Origin: Leucoraja erinacea
Lineage: Eukaryota
DNA length: 64,000 nt
Reading direction: 5' to 3'
Assembly: GCF_028641065.1 (NCBI RefSeq)
Contig: NC_073390.1
Coordinates: forward strand, 52,824,001 to 52,888,000
Shown in pieces: positions 62,411 to 64,000 of the stretch. The translations under genes and the position numbers were made by a program. The first letter of the stretch is position 1. The number at the start of each line of letters is the position of its first letter. Below the pieces are notes generated by a model, which was not told the DNA's origin, searched no databases, and saw only the letters and a program-made list of their open reading frames with translations.

Positions 62411-62427
62411 CGAGTAATAGCATTAAT

Positions 62428-64000
62428 TTTTACTTCGGAGTCACGTGAGTGACTACGTGAAGAGCCCGCTCAGCACGCATGCGCGACATTGCGTTCACGC
62501 AGGCAACAGCGACGCAGCGGGAGTCGGGCGCTCCCGCTACAAGCCTGAAGGAAAGGAACGTTAGGTAAGTACTTACCTTCAGTTTAATTTGGACTTTGCG
62601 TTTGTTTTTGCTCCAGGGGGAGCAAAGCAGCAGAGGGAAGCGGCCCCCGTTCGACTCCAGGGAAGGAGCCGACAGTGGAGGGGGGAGAGGCGGCAACGGG
62701 ACCGCACACGCTGCGGTCCACAGACACGGGTGCTGCGCTGATGCCCAGTCCGCTAAAACAGCTGTCTGACCAACAGCAGCGGACTGGAGGGAAATTTAAA
62801 AACCGGCCGGCACCCCTGCAGACTCCCGACAAGGAGACTCGCCGCCCGAGAACCGCTGAAATGCCGCCCGAAAACGGCAGACAGCCTCTAACAGCAAGGT
62901 CAGGACCAACCTCAGGCTGGAGACAGACACGGAAGATGGGATCAGCACTTCAAACAAGAAACAAGAGTGTCTGTTTCTCCAAGCCAGAGGAAGGTCATGG
63001 AGCTAAAAACTCCAGCGAGACTGCCTCAGGAGCAGGGGCAAGTCCGCCAAGGGAGCTAACACTCCCACTCCAGTGCCTAACAACACTGGCCATCTCCCTT
63101 GTCGAGGGATTGATGGGAACCAGAGCTGGGCTGGTCAAGAAGAGGGGTCACTGGCTGAACAACATCGGGAGTATGCTTGAGGTACAGGATCAGGAAGAGC
63201 TGCTGGGTGTGTCCGCTATTTGGCTTCACCACTAGCGAGATGACTTTTCAGTCTCAACTGACGGACCAGCTTACTACCTGTTCTTTTCAAAAAACCTCTC
63301 CAAGACAGGTAGTCATGAGGTGTTGGATTTCATCACGCCTCCCCTAAATTGCATTTACTCAAAGTGCCCACCGTTATTGGGGGGTACATTGAGCATAGCC
63401 TTTAAAAATCCAAATATCTTAAAATGAATTTGATATCCCTGACGTCAGCTATCATTTTCGCATGCTATTTCCAGAGGGTCAGGGTAGTATGGCAAAACAC
63501 CTGACCCTACTGTTCACAGTGCTCTGCAACTTCTCAGGAAGTTATAAAACCTGCCCTCAACTCAAAGATTTTTACAGGACTGTAAGAACGCCGACCTCAC
63601 AACCACAGGTCCTGCTGTCTGGCTAAGTTACCAAACCAAGCCTAAAAAACTGGACGAAGTGTCCAAAATATTTGGCGCAAGAGGGCAGGGTCTGGAATGA
63701 GCACCACACGTAAACCAGTCAGCAGTACCTCTAACGCGTCCACCAGGAGGGTCTACCTCATGGTACTGGTGAAAGCTCGGGGCCTGCATGCCAATCCCGT
63801 AAGCCTTTCAGGCCAGGGCCCAGAGCAGGCCCCATGGAAAAGGCGCCACACCCCAACAAACATCATCCCTACAGACAAGGAACCAGAAACCGAAGAAACA
63901 ACAGTGAAGACAGATAAGTATGGTTCTTACCATCACATAAAGGTGAAGGGTTTGTAATAACAGAGGGGAGGGAATCACACCTGGTTGGGAAGCTATCCTC
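62428..64000 (+). mobile_element. 5' part of a degraded DIRS-like (tyrosine recombinase) retrotransposon, running off the window
   Basis: TTT-initiated terminus tttacttcggagtcacgtgagtgact; CpG-rich leader with splice donor ag|gtaagt; gag-like remnants (QDQEELLGV, TPPLNC/LKVPTV, GQGPEQAPWK); degenerate GGRxHL-type pol start at the window end. Confidence 0.65.

Noticed and set aside
556-63957. ORF-track entries as host genes
   Set aside because: Recognisable ORFs are CR1, Rex1, RTE or DIRS pieces or antisense frames of repeats; the rest are short, often start at non-ATG codons, and match no protein I know

Overview
Repeat-dense, AT-rich non-coding vertebrate DNA, most likely from a cartilaginous fish (skate/ray; inferred from HE1-type V-SINEs and HER1/CR1 LINE tails). 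I found no host protein-coding exon; every ORF I could assign is transposon-derived. Contents: many 5'-truncated CR1 LINEs (one long, heavily interrupted ORF2 at about 40.5-45.3 kb), about 12 HE1-like tRNA/V-SINEs, two Rex1/Babar fragments with open frames, RTE, L1/Tx1 and L2-like remnants, four MITE-like elements sharing one terminal repeat, a hAT element with a perfect 8-bp TSD, a Helitron-like element and the 5' part of a DIRS element. Highlights: (1) about 20 short Penelope-derived elements carrying minimal hammerhead-ribozyme cores, often as fold-back palindromes broken at the ribozyme and flanked by 10-16 bp TSDs; (2) an old three-armed inverted repeat at 55.8-56.8 kb inside a repeat-poor island; (3) a dense hairpin/pseudoknot cluster at 8.4-8.6 kb; (4) a CpG-rich retroposon with no tRNA head and a Rex1-like tail; (5) a convergent pair of CTCF-like motifs. 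All calls were made by eye; repeat boundaries are approximate unless TSD/TIR coordinates are given.
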